Source of the DNA: Eledone cirrhosa
Taxonomy: Eukaryota
Assembly (NCBI GenBank): GCA_964016885.1
Contig: OZ024740.1
Span: 319,610,001 to 319,674,000, forward strand
Reading direction: 5' to 3'
Length of the DNA: 64,000 bases
A program made the translations under genes and the position numbers. Numbering within the stretch: the stretch's first letter is position 1; each line of letters opens with the position of its first letter. Below the pieces are notes generated by a model, which was not told the DNA's origin, did no database searches, and was given only the letters and a program-made list of their open reading frames with translations. Positions 25,959 through 39,954 of this stretch are shown one piece after another.

Positions 25959-27344
25959 TCTTTTACTTGTTCCAGCCATCCTCTGAGGCCACGCTGGAGC
26001 ACCGCCCTTGTTGCTATACGTTTTATCTCCAGCCTGTGTTGGCTGGCCATTGGTGTAATAGGGAGTTCGTTACTTTCGTACCGTGCTGTGGGTTCATCCG
26101 GGATCCTGGAGAGCAGAATGTCAAGATATTTCTTGAAAACATCCCAGTCCCCTCCATGCAGATCTCTCAAATTCCTTGGCAACTTATTGAAGAGTTGAAG
26201 GCCTCTGAACCCCAGGCTATTGCAATATCTGCTCCTTATTCTAGATGTGAAAGACGAGACCTTTGGCACCACACAGTGACGTCCTGTTTGGGGGTTGGTC
26301 CAGCCCTCAATGCCAAAGTTTGGAGTTAGTCCCTCCAGGATTTTCCATATGTAGATCTCTGCGTATCTCTCCTGTCTTCGTTCCAAGGAGTAGAGGTTCA
26401 ATTCTTTTAGCCTCTCCCAGCAGCTCATCTCCTTCATCGTGGCAATCCTCTTGGTGTAGCTTCATGGGTTGCCTCAAGCTCCGTGGTTAGTTTAATACTA
26501 TGGGGTGACCACAGTTGGGACAATAGTCCAGTCGGCTTAAGACAAATGTCCTCCGTAGTATCAACATGGTCTCTCGGTCTCTTGTCCAGAAAGTCCTAAG
26601 ATCTAGCCAGCGAGTCGTCTGCACATTGTCGCTACCCTTATGATGTGTGAAGAAAATGATGCATCGTCGCTCATGTCTATCCCCAGGTCTCGTATCGATT
26701 TCGACACGTGGATTTTGATCCCTCCTGGTCCGGCATAGCTGTGCTGTACTGTATTTGTGTTTGTCGGTTGGTATTGTAGGGCTTGAAATTTTCTAACATT
26801 ATACTGCATATTGTTGTCCTCAGCCCATTTGTATATGGCATCCAGATCTTGTAAAAGGGCAGCATCAGCCGGGTTTTTAATTGCCTGTGCTACCTTTGTG
26901 TCATCAGCATAGCTAGTGAGGGATGTCGTATGTACTACAGAGGGCAAGTCTGAGAGAGCCAGGAAAAACAGTAGTGGTCCCAAGACTGTGAACTGGGGCA
27001 CCACACTTGGCTGCAACTGTCTGGCTTCTGTCTTTTAAGAAATTTTGAAGCCACTCACCTACTTTTCCAGTTATGCCAAGTCTGTGTAGTTTGTGACATA
27101 TCATTCCGTAGTCGACATTGTCAAAGGCCTTCGCAAAGTCATGATATATCACGTCCACATGTGAGCTGTCCAGCAGTTGTTTCAGTACCCAGTCATAGTG
27201 TTGTAACAGCTGTGTAAGACAACTTCTTCCTGGGCGAAATCCATGCTACGTGCTAGATAGGCGATCATTTTTTTCGAGGAAAGTGATTAGTTTCTTTCTG
27301 ATAATACGATCCATGACCTTACTGATATGTGACGTCAGGGAGAC
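25957..27344 (-). mobile_element. CR1-clade LINE, frameshifted RT region and 3' end
   Basis: SLTSHISK..HGFRPGRSCLTQLL, DVIYHDFAKAFD, PQFTVLGPLLF, SYADDTK, WERLKELNLYSLERRQERY; 3'-end fragments recur at 38935-38986 and 39153-39209. Confidence 0.92.
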
Positions 27345-27462
27345 TTCACATATGATGGCTGGAAATCTCCCGTACAACCAGCAGGAAATTCAGTCTTCAC
27401 ATGCATAGGGGGCTACGTCCTTAGATAATTTCACCGAGCTTAAAACTCGTCAGGTATCGGCT

Positions 27463-28420
27463 AACTTGGTTTAACCGGCCTGTTAATGTAAATATCTAGG
27501 AGATAGTACTCAGTTACTTGCACGATTACCCGCCAACTATGTTTAGCCGGTCTGTTAATGTCAATGTTCAGGTGGTAGCACTCACCTGCGAGCACGGTTA
27601 CCCTCCAACTTGGTTTAGCCGGACTGTTAATATCAATGTTCAGGCTGTAGCGCTCTGCTGCGAGCACGGTTACCCTCCAACTTGGTTTAGCCGGCCTGTT
27701 AATATCAATGTTCAGGCTGTAGCGCTCTGCTGCGAGCACGGTTACCCTCCAACTTGGTTTAGCCGGACTGTTAATTTCAATGTTCAGGCTGTAGCGCTCT
27801 GCTGCGAGCACGGTTACCCTCCAACTTGGTTTAGCCGGACTGTTAATTTCAATGTTCAGGCTGTAGCGCTCTGCTGCGAGCGCGGTTACCCTCCAACTTG
27901 GTTTAGCCGGACTGTTAATTTCAATGTTCAGGCTGTAGCGCTCTGCTGCGAGCGCGGTTACCCTCCAACTTGGTTTAGCCGGACTGTTAATTTCAATGTT
28001 CAGGCTGTAGCGCTCTGCTGCGAGCGCGGTTACCCTCCAACTTGGTTTAGCCGGACTGTTAATATCAATGTTCAGGTGGTAGCACTCACCTGCGAGCACG
28101 GTTACCCTCCAACTTGGTTTAGCCGGACTGTTAATATCAATGTTCAGGCTGTAGCGCTCTGCTGCGAGCACGGTTACCCTCCAACTTGGTTTAGCCGGCC
28201 TGTTAATATCAATGTTCAGGCTGTAGCGCTCTGCTGCGAGCACGGTTACCCTCCAACTTGGTTTAGCCGGACTGTTAATTTCAATGTTCAGGCTGTAGCG
28301 CTCTGCTGCGAGCACGGTTACCCTCCAACTTGGTTTAGCCGGACTGTTAATATCAATGTTCAGGCTGTAGCGCTCTGCTGCGAGCACGGTTACCCACCAA
28401 CTTGGTTTAGCCGGCCTGTT
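27463..28420. repeat. 72-bp minisatellite, ~13 copies
   Basis: Unit CCCTCCAACTTGGTTTAGCCGGACTGTTAATATCAATGTTCAGGCTGTAGCGCTCTGCTGCGAGCACGGTTA (27601, 27673...). Confidence 0.95.
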
Positions 28421-28599
28421 AGTGCTATTACCTAGGATGTAACACTCTGGCAAGCAGAGGTTCGCGAGGTATACAGGTAAGAGTTGGGTGCCAGGTGAGA
28501 GCAACTGCTACACGGACTCTCCTGAAGAGAAACTGGTAGTAGCAAAGCTACTGTCCCCCCGTGACTCTCCATACTTCCTTATATAAGACACGAACTAAC

Positions 28600-28902
28600 G
28601 TGGTGGTGGTGGTGGTGGTGGTGGTGGTGGTGGTGGTGGTGGTGGTGGTGTTGTTGTTGGTGGTGGTGGTGGTGGTGGTGGTGGTGGTGTTGTTGTTGGT
28701 GGTGGTGGTGGTGGTGGTGGTGGTGGTGGTGGTGGAGGTGGTGGTTTGTGGTGGTGGTGGTTTGTGGTGGTGGTGGTGGTGGTGGTGGTTTGTGGTGGTG
28801 GTGGTGGTGGTGGTGGTGGTGGATTGTGGTGGTGGTGGTGGTGGTGGTGGTGGTGGTGGTGGCGGTGGTGGATTGTGGTGGTGGTGGTGGTGGTGTTGTT
28901 GC

Positions 28903-28933
<31 letters not shown>

Positions 28934-29134
28934 GGTTTGTGGTTGTGGTGGTGGTGGTGGTGTGTTGGTGTTGGTGGTGGTGGTGGTGGTTTGTGGTTGT
29001 GGTGGTGGTGGTGGTGTGTTGGTGTTGGTGGTGGTGGTGGTGGTTTGTGGTGGTGGTGGTGGTGGTGGTGGTGGTGGTGGTGGTGGTGGTGGTGGTGGTG
29101 GATTGTGGTGGTGGTGGTGGTGGTGTTGTTGCTG

Positions 29135-29166
<32 letters not shown>

Positions 29167-29363
29167 GGTGGTGGTGGTTTGTGGTTGTGGTGGTGGTGGT
29201 GGTGTGTTGGTGTTGGTGGTGGTGGTGGTGGTTTGTGGTGGTGGTGGTGGTGGTGGTGGTGGTGGTGGTGGTTTGTGGTGGTGGTGGTGGTGGTGGTGGT
29301 GGTGGTGGTGGTGGTGGTGGTGGTGGTGGTGGATTGTGGTGGTGGTGGTGGTGGTGTTGTTGC

Positions 29364-29394
<31 letters not shown>

Positions 29395-29668
29395 GGTTTG
29401 TGGTGGTGGTGGTGGTTTGTGGTTGTGGTGGTGGTGGTGTGTTGGTGTTGGTGGTGGTGGTGGTGGTTTGTGGTTGTGGTGGTGGTGGTGGTGTGTTGGT
29501 GTTGGTGGTGGTGGTGGTGGTTTGTGGTGGTGGTGGTGGTGGTGGTGGTGGTGTTGTTGCTGTTGTTGTTGTTGGTGGTGGTGGTGGTTTGTGGTGGTGG
29601 TGGCGGTGGTGGTGGTGGTGGTGGTGGTGGTGGTGGTGGTTTGTGGTTGTGGTGGTGGTGGTGATTTG

Positions 29669-29699
<31 letters not shown>

Positions 29700-30590
29700 G
29701 GTGGTGGTGGTTGTGGTGGTGGTGGTGTGTTGGTGTTGGTGGTGGTGGTGGTGGTGGTTTGTGGTTGTGGTGGTGGTGGTGGTGTGTTGGTGTTGGTGGT
29801 GGTGGTGGTGGTTTGTGGTTGTGGTGGTGGTGGTGTGTTGGTGTTGGTGGTGGTGGTGGTGGTTTGTGGTTGTGGTGGTGGTGGTGGTGTGTTGGTGTTG
29901 GTGGTGGTGGTGGTGGTTTGTGGTGGTGGTGGTGGTGGTGGTGTGTTGGTGTTGTTGGTGGTGGTGGTGGTTTGTGGTGGTGGTGTTGGTGTTGGTGGTG
30001 GTGGTGGTGGTGGTTTGTGGTTGTGGTGGTGGTGGTGGTGTGTTGGTGTTGGTGGTGGTGGTGGTGGTTTGTGGTTGTGGTGGTGGTGGTGTGTTGGTGT
30101 TGGTGGTGGTGGTGGTGGTTTGTGGTTGTGGTGGTGGTGGTGGTGTGTTGGTGTTGGTGGTGGTGGTGGTGGTTTGTGGTTGTGGTGGTGGTGGTGGTGT
30201 GTTGGTGTTGGTGGTGGTGGTGGTGGTTTGTGGTGGTGGTGTTGTTGTTGGTGGTGGTGGTGGTGTGTTGGTATTGTTAGATGCCCGTGGCACATATAAC
30301 GATGATGATGAGGATAACGATGCCAATGGTGATGGTGACAGTGGTGATGGCGAAGACGATAATGGTGATGATGGTGATGATGCTGATGATAGCGGCGATG
30401 ATGATGATACGGATGACTGAAGATGATGATAATGATGAGGTTGATGTTGATGATGATGGCAGTGATGATAATGATGAGGTTGATGTTGATGTTGATGATG
30501 ACGATGAGATGGAGGATGGTGATGGCGATGATGATGATGATGGCAGTGATAATACGGATGATGATGCTGATGATGATGCTGATGACACAA
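28600..30590. repeat. (GGT)n/(GTT)n compound array followed by a degenerate (GAT)n tract
   Basis: Directly visible. Confidence 0.95.
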
Positions 30591-30644
30591 ACGTTGAACG
30601 CTAGAGAAAAGATAGATAAGTTCTAAGTAATCTACCGTCAACTC

Positions 30645-33170
30645 AGTGTGCGCGCCAATATATGTGTGTGTGAGTGTGTGGGTGTGTGTGTATGTGTGTG
30701 TGTGTGTCTGTGTATTTATGTGTGTGTTTGTGAGTGCATGTCTGTCTGTGAGTGTGTGTGGGTGTGTGTGTGTATGTGTGTTCGTGTGTCTGTGTATGTG
30801 TGTGTATATGTATTTATGTGTGTGTTTGTGAGAGCATGTCTGTCTGTGAGTGTGTGAGTGTGTGTGTGGGTGTGTATGTGTGTGTGTGTGTCTGTGTATG
30901 TGTGTGTATATGTATTTATGTGTGTGTTTGTGAGTGCATATCTATCTGTGAGTGTGTGTGTGTGTGTGTGTCTGTCTGTATGTGTGTTCGTGTGTATCTC
31001 TGTATGTGTGTGTATATGTATTTGTGTGTGTGTTTGTGAGAGCATGTCTGTCTGTGAGTGTGTGAGTGTGTGGGTGTGTGTGTATGTGTGTTCGTGTGTC
31101 TGTGTATGTGTGTGTGTATATGTATTTATGTGTGTGTTTGTGAGTGCATATCTGTCTGTGAGTGTGTTTGGGTGTGTGTGTCTGTCTGTATGTGTGTTCG
31201 TGTGTATGTCTGTATGTGTGTGTATATGTATTTATGTGTGTGTTTGTGAGTACATGTCTGTCTGTGAGTGTGTGTGGGTGTGGGTGTGGGTGTGTGTGTG
31301 TGTATGTATGTTCGTGTGTCTGTGTATGTGTGTGCATATGTATTTATGTGTGTGTTTGTGAGTGTATGTCTGTCTGTGTGTGTGCGCGCCTCTGTATGTG
31401 TGTGTATGTGTATGTGTGTGTATATGTGCTTATGTGTACCTCTGTGTGAGTGTATGTGTCTGTGTGTGTGCGCCTCTGTATGTGTGTGTATGGATGTTGG
31501 TGTGTCTGTGTATGTGTGTGTATATGTGCTTATGTGTACCTCTGTGTGAGTGTATGTCTGTATGTGTGTATGTCTCTGTATATGAGTATGTGTGTGTCTC
31601 AGTGTTTTAGTGTGTATGTGTGTATGTCTGTATGTGTGTATGTATGTATGTGTGTGTGTATGTCTGTATGTATGTATGTCTGTACTTGTGTATGTCTGCA
31701 TGTGTGTATGTATGTCTGTATGTATATATGTCTGTATTTGTGTATGTCTGTATGTATGTATGTATGTATGTGTATGTATGTCTGTATGTGTGTATGTCTG
31801 TATGTGTGTGTATGTCTGTATTTGTGTATGTCTGTATTTGTGTATGTCTGCATGTGTGTATGTATGTCTGTATGTGTGTATGTCTGTATGTGTGTGTATG
31901 TCTCTATGTGTGTATGCATGTATGTGTGTGTGTATGTCTGTATGTGTGTGTATGTCTGTATGTATGTCTGTCTGTATGTATGTCTGTATGTCTGTATGTG
32001 TATATGTATGTCTGTATGTATGTGTGTATGCCTGCATGTGTGTATGTATGTCTGTATGTGTGTATGTATGTCTGTATGTGTGTGTATGTATGTATGTATG
32101 AGTGTATGTCTGTATGTGTGTGTGTATGTCTGTATGTGTGTATGTGTGTATGTATCTCTGCATGTGTGTATGTATGTCTGTATTTATGTATGTCTGTATG
32201 TGTGTGTATGTCTGTATGTATGTCTGTCTGTATGTATGTATGTATGTATGTATGTATGTGTATATGTATGTCTGTATGTATGTATGTGTGTATGCCTGCA
32301 TGTGTGTATGTATGTCTGTATGTGTGTATGTATGTCTGTATGTGTGTGTATGTATGTATGTATGAGTGTATGTCTGTATGTGTGTGTGTATGTCTGTATG
32401 TGTGTATGTGTGTATGTATCTCTGCATGTGTGTGTGTATGTCTGTATTTGTGTATGTCTGCATGTGTGTATGTATGTCTGTATGTATGTATGTCTGTATG
32501 TGTGTATGCCTGTATGTATATGTATGTCTGTATGTGTGTATGTCTGTATGTGTGTGTATGTCTGTATTTGTGTATGTGTGTATTTGTGTATGTCTGCATG
32601 TGTGTATGTATGTCTGTATGGGTGTATGTCTGTATGTGTGTGTATGTCTCTATGTGTGTATGCCTGCATGTGTGTATGTATGTCTGTATGTGTGTGTATG
32701 TCTGTATGTGTGTGTATGTCTGTATGTATGTCTGTCTGTATGTATGTATGCATGTCTGTCTGTATGTATGTATGTATGTATGTATGTATGTTTGTGTGTC
32801 TGCATGTATGTATGTATGTATGTATGTATGTATGTATGTATGTCTGTCTGTATGTATGTATGTATGTATGTATGTATGTATGTATGCCTGTGTGTGTATG
32901 TATGTATGTATGTATGTATGTATGTGTGTATGTCTGTATGTATGTATGTATGTCTGTATGTATGTATGTATGTATGTATGTATGTATGTATGTATGTATG
33001 TATGTATGTATGTATGTATGTCTGTATGTGTGTATGTCTGTATGTCTGTATATGGGTATGTGTGTCTGTAGGTGTGCATGTCTCTGTATGTGTGTATACG
33101 TGTGTGTGTCAGTGGTCTGTATGTGTGTATACGTGTGTGTGTCAGTGGTCTGTATGTGTGTATGTGTGTG
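30645..33170. repeat. Degenerate (GT)n/(GTAT)n/(GTCT)n array with internal longer-period duplications
   Basis: Directly visible. Confidence 0.95.
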
Positions 33171-33221
33171 TTATTGATTTCCGTCGGTTATATTTCACTA
33201 CTGCTACAATACTTCTTGTTG

Positions 33222-36200
33222 CCAGGCCTTCACTGTGACAGCAGTATTGGTGCTAGTAGTGGTGGTGGTAGTGGTAGTTTGGGTTGTAGTAGTACCAGGC
33301 CTTCACTGTGACAGCAGTATTGGTGCTAGTAGTGGTGGTGGTAGTGGTAGTTTGGGTTGTAGTAGTACCAGGCCTTCACTGTGACAGCAGTATTGGTGCT
33401 AGTAGTGGTGGTGGTAGTGGTAGTTTGGGTTGTAGTAGTACCAGGCCTTCACTGTGACAGCAGTATTGGTGCTAGTAGTGGTGGTGGTAGTGGTAGTTTG
33501 GGTTGTAGTAGTACCAGGCCTTCACTGTGACAGCAGTATTGGTGCTAGTAGTGGTGGTGGTAGTGGTAGTTTGGGTTGTAGTAGTACCAGGCCTTCACTG
33601 TGCCAACAGTATTGGTGCTAGTAGTGGTGGTGGTAGTGGTAGTTTGGGTTGTAGTAGTACCAGGCCTTCTCTGTGACAACAGTATTGGTGCTAGTAGTGG
33701 TGGTGGTAGTGGTAGTTTGGGTTGTAGTAGTACCAGGCCTTCACTGTGACAGCAGTATTGGTGCTAGTAGTGGTGGTGGTAGTGGTAGTTTGGGTTGTAG
33801 TAGTACCAGGCCTTCACTGTGACAACAGTATTGGTGCTAGTAGAGGTGGTGGTAGTGGTAGTTTGGGTTGTAGTAGTACCAGGCCTTCACTGTGACAACA
33901 GTATTGGTGCTAGTATTGGTGATGGTAGTGGTAGTTTGGGTTGTAGTAGTACAAGGCCTTCACTGTGACAACAGTATTGGTGCTAGTAGTGGTGGTGGTA
34001 GTGGTAGTTTGGGTTGTAGTAGTACCAGGCCTTCACTGTGACAACAGTATTGGTGCTAGTAGTGGTGGTGGTAGTGGTAGTTTGGGTTGTAGTAGTACCA
34101 GGCCATCACTGTGACAACAGTATTGGTGCTAGTAGTGGTGGTGGTAGTGGTAGTTTGAGTTGTAGTAGTACCAGGCCTTCACTGTGACAACAGTATTGGT
34201 GCTAGTAGTGGTGGTGGTAGTGGTAGTTTGGGTTGTAGTAGTACCAGGCCTTCACTGTGACAACAGTATTGGTGCTAGTAGTGGTGGTGGTAGTGGTAGT
34301 TTGGGTTGTAGTAGTACCAGGCCTTCACTGTGACAACAGTATTGGTGTTAGTAGTGGTGGTGGTAGTGGTAGTTTCGGTTGTAGTAGTACCAGGCCTTCA
34401 CTGTGACAGCAGTATTGGTGCTAGTAGTGGTGGTGGTAGTGGTAGTTTGGGTTGTAGTAGTACCAGGCCTTCACTGTGACAACAGTATTGGTGCTAGTAG
34501 AGGTGGTGGTAGTGGTAGTTTGGGTTGTAGTAGTACCAGGCCTTCACTGTGACAACAGTATTGGTGCTAGTATTGGTGATGGTAGTGGTAGTTTGGGTTG
34601 TAGTAGTACAAGGCCTTCACTGTGACAACAGTATTGGTGCTAGTAGTGGTGGTGGTAGTGGTAGTTTGGGTTGTAGTAGTACCAGGCCTTCACTGTGACA
34701 ACAGTATTGGTGCTAGTAGTGGTGGTGGTAGTGGTAGTTTGGGTTGTAGTAGTACCAGGCCTTCACTGTGACAACAGTATTGGTGCTAGTAGTGGTGGTG
34801 GTAGTGGTAGTTTGGGTTGTAGTAGTACCAGGCCTTCACTGTGACAGCAGTATTGGTGCTAGTAGTGGTGGTGGTAGTGGTAGTTTGGGTTGTAGTAGTA
34901 CCAGGCCTTCACTGTGACAGCAGTATTGGTGCTAGTAGTGGTGGTGGTAGTGGTAGTTTGGGTTGTAGTAGTACCAGGCCTTCACTGTGACAGCAGTATT
35001 GGTGCTAGTAGTGGTGGTGGTAGTGGTAGTTTGGGTTGTAGTAGTACCAGGCCTTCACTGTGCCAACAGTATTGGTGCTAGTAGTGGTGGTGGTAGTGGT
35101 AGTTTGGGTTGTAGTAGTACCAGGCCTTCTCTGTGACAACAGTATTGGTGCTAGTAGTGGTGGTGGTAGTGGTAGTTTGGGTTGTAGTAGTACCAGGCCT
35201 TCACTGTGACAGCAGTATTGGTGCTAGTAGTGGTGGTGGTAGTGGTAGTTTGGGTTGTAGTAGTACCAGGCCTTCACTGTGACAACAGTATTGGTGCTAG
35301 TAGAGGTGGTGGTAGTGGTAGTTTGGGTTGTAGTAGTACCAGGCCTTCACTGTGACAACAGTATTGGTGCTAGTATTGGTGATGGTAGTGGTAGTTTGGG
35401 TTGTAGTAGTACAAGGCCTTCACTGTGACAACAGTATTGGTGCTAGTAGTGGTGGTGGTAGTGGTAGTTTGGGTTGTAGTAGTACCAGGCCTTCACTGTG
35501 ACAACAGTATTGGTGCTAGTAGTGGTGGTGGTAGTGGTAGTTTGGGTTGTAGTAGTACCAGGCCATCACTGTGACAACAGTATTGGTGCTAGTAGTGGTG
35601 GTGGTAGTGGTAGTTTGAGTTGTAGTAGTACCAGGCCTTCACTGTGACAACAGTATTGGTGCTAGTAGTGGTGGTGGTAGTGGTAGTTTGGGTTGTAGTA
35701 GTACCAGGCCTTCACTGTGACAACAGTATTGGTGCTAGTAGTGGTGGTGGTAGTGGTAGTTTGGGTTGTAGTAGTACCAGGCCTTCACTGTGACAACAGT
35801 ATTGGTGTTAGTAGTGGTGGTGGTAGTGGTAGTTTCGGTTGTAGTAGTACCAGGCCTTCACTGTGACAGCAGTATTGGTGCTAGTAGTGGTGGTGGTAGT
35901 GGTAGTTTGGGTTGTAGTAGTACCAGGCCTTCACTGTGACAACAGTATTGGTGCTAGTAGAGGTGGTGGTAGTGGTAGTTTGGGTTGTAGTAGTACCAGG
36001 CCTTCACTGTGACAACAGTATTGGTGCTAGTATTGGTGATGGTAGTGGTAGTTTGGGTTGTAGTAGTACAAGGCCTTCACTGTGACAACAGTATTGGTGC
36101 TAGTAGTGGTGGTGGTAGTGGTAGTTTGGGTTGTAGTAGTACCAGGCCTTCACTGTGACAACAGTATTGGTGCTAGTAGTGGTGGTGGTAGTGGTAGTTT

Positions 36201-37845
36201 GGGTTGTAGTAGTACCAGGCCTTCACTGTGACAACAGTATTGGTGCTAGTAGTGGTGGTGGTAGTGGTAGTTTGGGTTGTAGTAGTACCAGGCTTTCACT
36301 GTGAGAACAGTATTGGTTCTTGTAGTGGTGGTGGCAGTGGTAGTTTGGGTTGTAGTAGTACCAGGCCTTCACTGTGACAACAGTATTGGTGCAAGTAATG
36401 GTGGTGGTAGTGGTAGTTTGGGACGTAGTAGTACCAGGCCTTCACTGTGACAACAGTATTGGTGCAAGTAATGGTGGTGGTAGTGGTAGTTTGGGACGTA
36501 GTAGTACCAGGCCTTCACTGTGACAACAGTATTGGTGCTAGTAGTGGTGGTGGTAGCGGTAGTTTGGGTTGTAGTAGTGCCAAACCTTCACCGTGACAAC
36601 AGTATTGGTGCTAGTAGTGGTGGTGGTAGTGGTAGTTTGGGTTGTAGTAGTGCCAGGCCTTCACTGTGACAACAGTATTGGTGCTAGTAGTGGTGGTGGT
36701 AGTGGTAGTTTGGGTTGTAGTAGTACCAGGCCTTCACTGTGACAACAGTATTGGTGCTAGTAGTGGTGGTGGTAGTGGTAGTTTGGGTTGTAGTAGTACC
36801 AGGCCTTCACTGTGACAACAGTATTGGTGCTAGTAGTGGTGGTGGTAGTGGTAGTTTGGGTTGTAGTAGTGCCAGGCCTTCACTGTGACAACAGTATTGG
36901 TGCTAGTAGTGGTGGTGGTAGTGGTAGTTTGGGTTGTAGTAGTACCAGGCCTTCACTCGGACAACAGTATTGGTGCTAGTAGTGGAGTTGGTAGTGGTAG
37001 TTTGGGTTGTAGTAGTACCAGACCTTCACTGTGACAACAGTATTGGTGCTAGTAGTGTTAGTGGTAGTGGTAGTTTGGGTTGTAGTAGTACCTGGCCTTC
37101 ACTGTGACAACAGTATTGGTGCTAGTAGTGGTGGTGGTAGTAGTAGTTTGGGTTGTAGTAGTGTTGGTAGTAGTGCCAGGACTTCACTGTGACCACAATA
37201 TTGACGCTAGTAGTGGTGGTGGTAGTGGTAGTTTAGGGTGTAGTAGTGTTGGTAGTAATGCCAGGCCTTCACTCGGACAACAGTATTGGTGTTAGTAGTG
37301 GTGGTGGGGGTGGTAGTCGTAGCTTGGGTTGTAGTAGTACCAGGACTCTACTGTGACAACGGTATTTGTGCTACTAGTGGTGGTGATGGTGGTAGTTTGG
37401 GTTGTAGTAGTGCCATGCTTTCACATTGACAGCAGTATTGGTGGTAGTTGTGATTGTGTTAGCGATAGTTTGGGCTGTAGTAGTGTTGGTGCTAGTGGTG
37501 GTGGAGGTAGTGGCAGGTTGGGTTGTAGCCGTGTGGGTAGTAGTGCTACTAGTGGTGGTGGTGGTTGTAGTGGTAGTTTAAGTTGTAGTAGTTTTGGTGC
37601 TAGTAGTGGTGGTGGTAGTGGTAGTGTGGCAGTGTGGGTGTAGTGTGGTGGTAGTAGTGGCTCCACTGTGAGAGCAGTATTGGTGCTAGTAGTGGTAGTG
37701 TTAGTGGTAATGGTAGTTTGGGTTGTAGTAGTGATGGTAGTAGTACCAGGCCTTCACAGAGACAGCAGTGTTGGTGCTAGTGGTGGTGGTAGTGTTAGTA
37801 GTATGTTGGGTTGTAGTAGTGCCAGTCCTTCACTGTGTTGGTACT
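33222..37845. repeat. 73-bp satellite, ~60 copies, with higher-order repeats
   Basis: Unit CCAGGCCTTCACTGTGACA(G/A)CAGTATTGGTGCTAGTAGTGGTGGTGGTAGTGGTAGTTTGGGTTGTAGTAGTA (33441, 33514...). Confidence 0.97.
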
Positions 37846-37870
37846 AGTGTTTGTGATAGTGGTGGTTTGG

Positions 37871-38545
<675 letters not shown>

Positions 38546-38840
38546 TAATAATACTGTTGGCTGCAGTTGTGGTGGTGGTGGTGGTGGTGGTGGTGTAGTG
38601 CAGTGTGTTATAGTGACCTATGTTCGTATGTGTACGTACCTGTATGTGTATGCGTACATGTGTGCGTATGTGTCCGCACGCAATGAGACAATCAGATTAT
38701 TTGTATAAATATGTGTACATATGTGTATTTGTGTCTACATGTGTGTGTAATATGTTGTGAAGCATAAATGGTAATGTATGTGTAAAGAATAGACAAGTTC
38801 GTGTGTGTGTTTGTATATATATATATGTATGTGTGTGTGT

Positions 38841-38918
<78 letters not shown>

Positions 38919-39001
38919 GTGTATATATTCTTTTTTACACTTTTACCTGTTCCAGCCATCCGGCAGAAGTCATGCTGGGGCACCATGTATATGTGCGTGT
39001 A

Positions 39002-39063
<62 letters not shown>

Positions 39064-39075
39064 TACACACACACA

Positions 39076-39127
<52 letters not shown>

Positions 39128-39277
39128 TGTGTGTGTGTATATATGGATATATTCTCTTTTACTCTTTTACCTCTTCCAGCCATCCGGCAGAGGCTATGCT
39201 GGGGCACCATATATATGTGCGTGTATGCGTGTATGTGTGTGTGTGTGTATATGTATATGTATATATATACATATGTG

Positions 39278-39367
<90 letters not shown>

Positions 39368-39406
39368 CATATGCATGTATATATATACATATGTGAATGC
39401 GTATGT

Positions 39407-39451
<45 letters not shown>

Positions 39452-39669
39452 TGTATATTTATATATAGCTGTCTATATTTAAACACATACAACAGACAAC
39501 ATACGTATGAGAGGAATGGAGGTGTCTGTAAAATTTAGATGTCTGCTTATACGTCTGTACTAAATGTCTGTGTTCGACCTGTGCTGTTAAGTAGCGTCTG
39601 TATATGTAGTTAGTAATGATTTCCTGCATGTGTTTATGTACACATATACACATACACAAACACAAACAA

Positions 39670-39708
<39 letters not shown>

Positions 39709-39709
39709 A

Positions 39710-39891
39710 CTTAATAACATTGATAGGTTTCAGCCAATATGAGCCCAGGCCATGTCTAACTTAATAGCACCACCTGGCGAGGCTTTTCATTAAATATTCC
39801 ATATTTTATTCATGCTTTCGACACCGTAGTCCACACCATGTGTACATATTTACATAAAGTTTATATATATATATACATACACACATGCATG

Positions 39892-39954
<63 letters not shown>

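Noticed and set aside
27461-28504. 347-aa and 305-aa repeat-protein ORFs, or a CRISPR-like array
   Set aside because: The 72-bp unit is a multiple of 3 and happens to lack stops; there are no unique spacers and no cas genes, and the context is eukaryotic.
28548-33300. Long Pro/Thr/His/Val/Cys-rich ORFs
   Set aside because: Translations of simple repeats that are open in several frames on both strands.
33222-37845. CRISPR-like array or coding repeat
   Set aside because: Pure head-to-tail tandem repeat; 73 bp is not a multiple of 3 and stops are frequent.
38935-39209. Two short unique islands in (TA)n as a novel repeat
   Set aside because: They match the 3' terminus of the CR1 family (25957-26002), so they are extremely truncated LINE tails.
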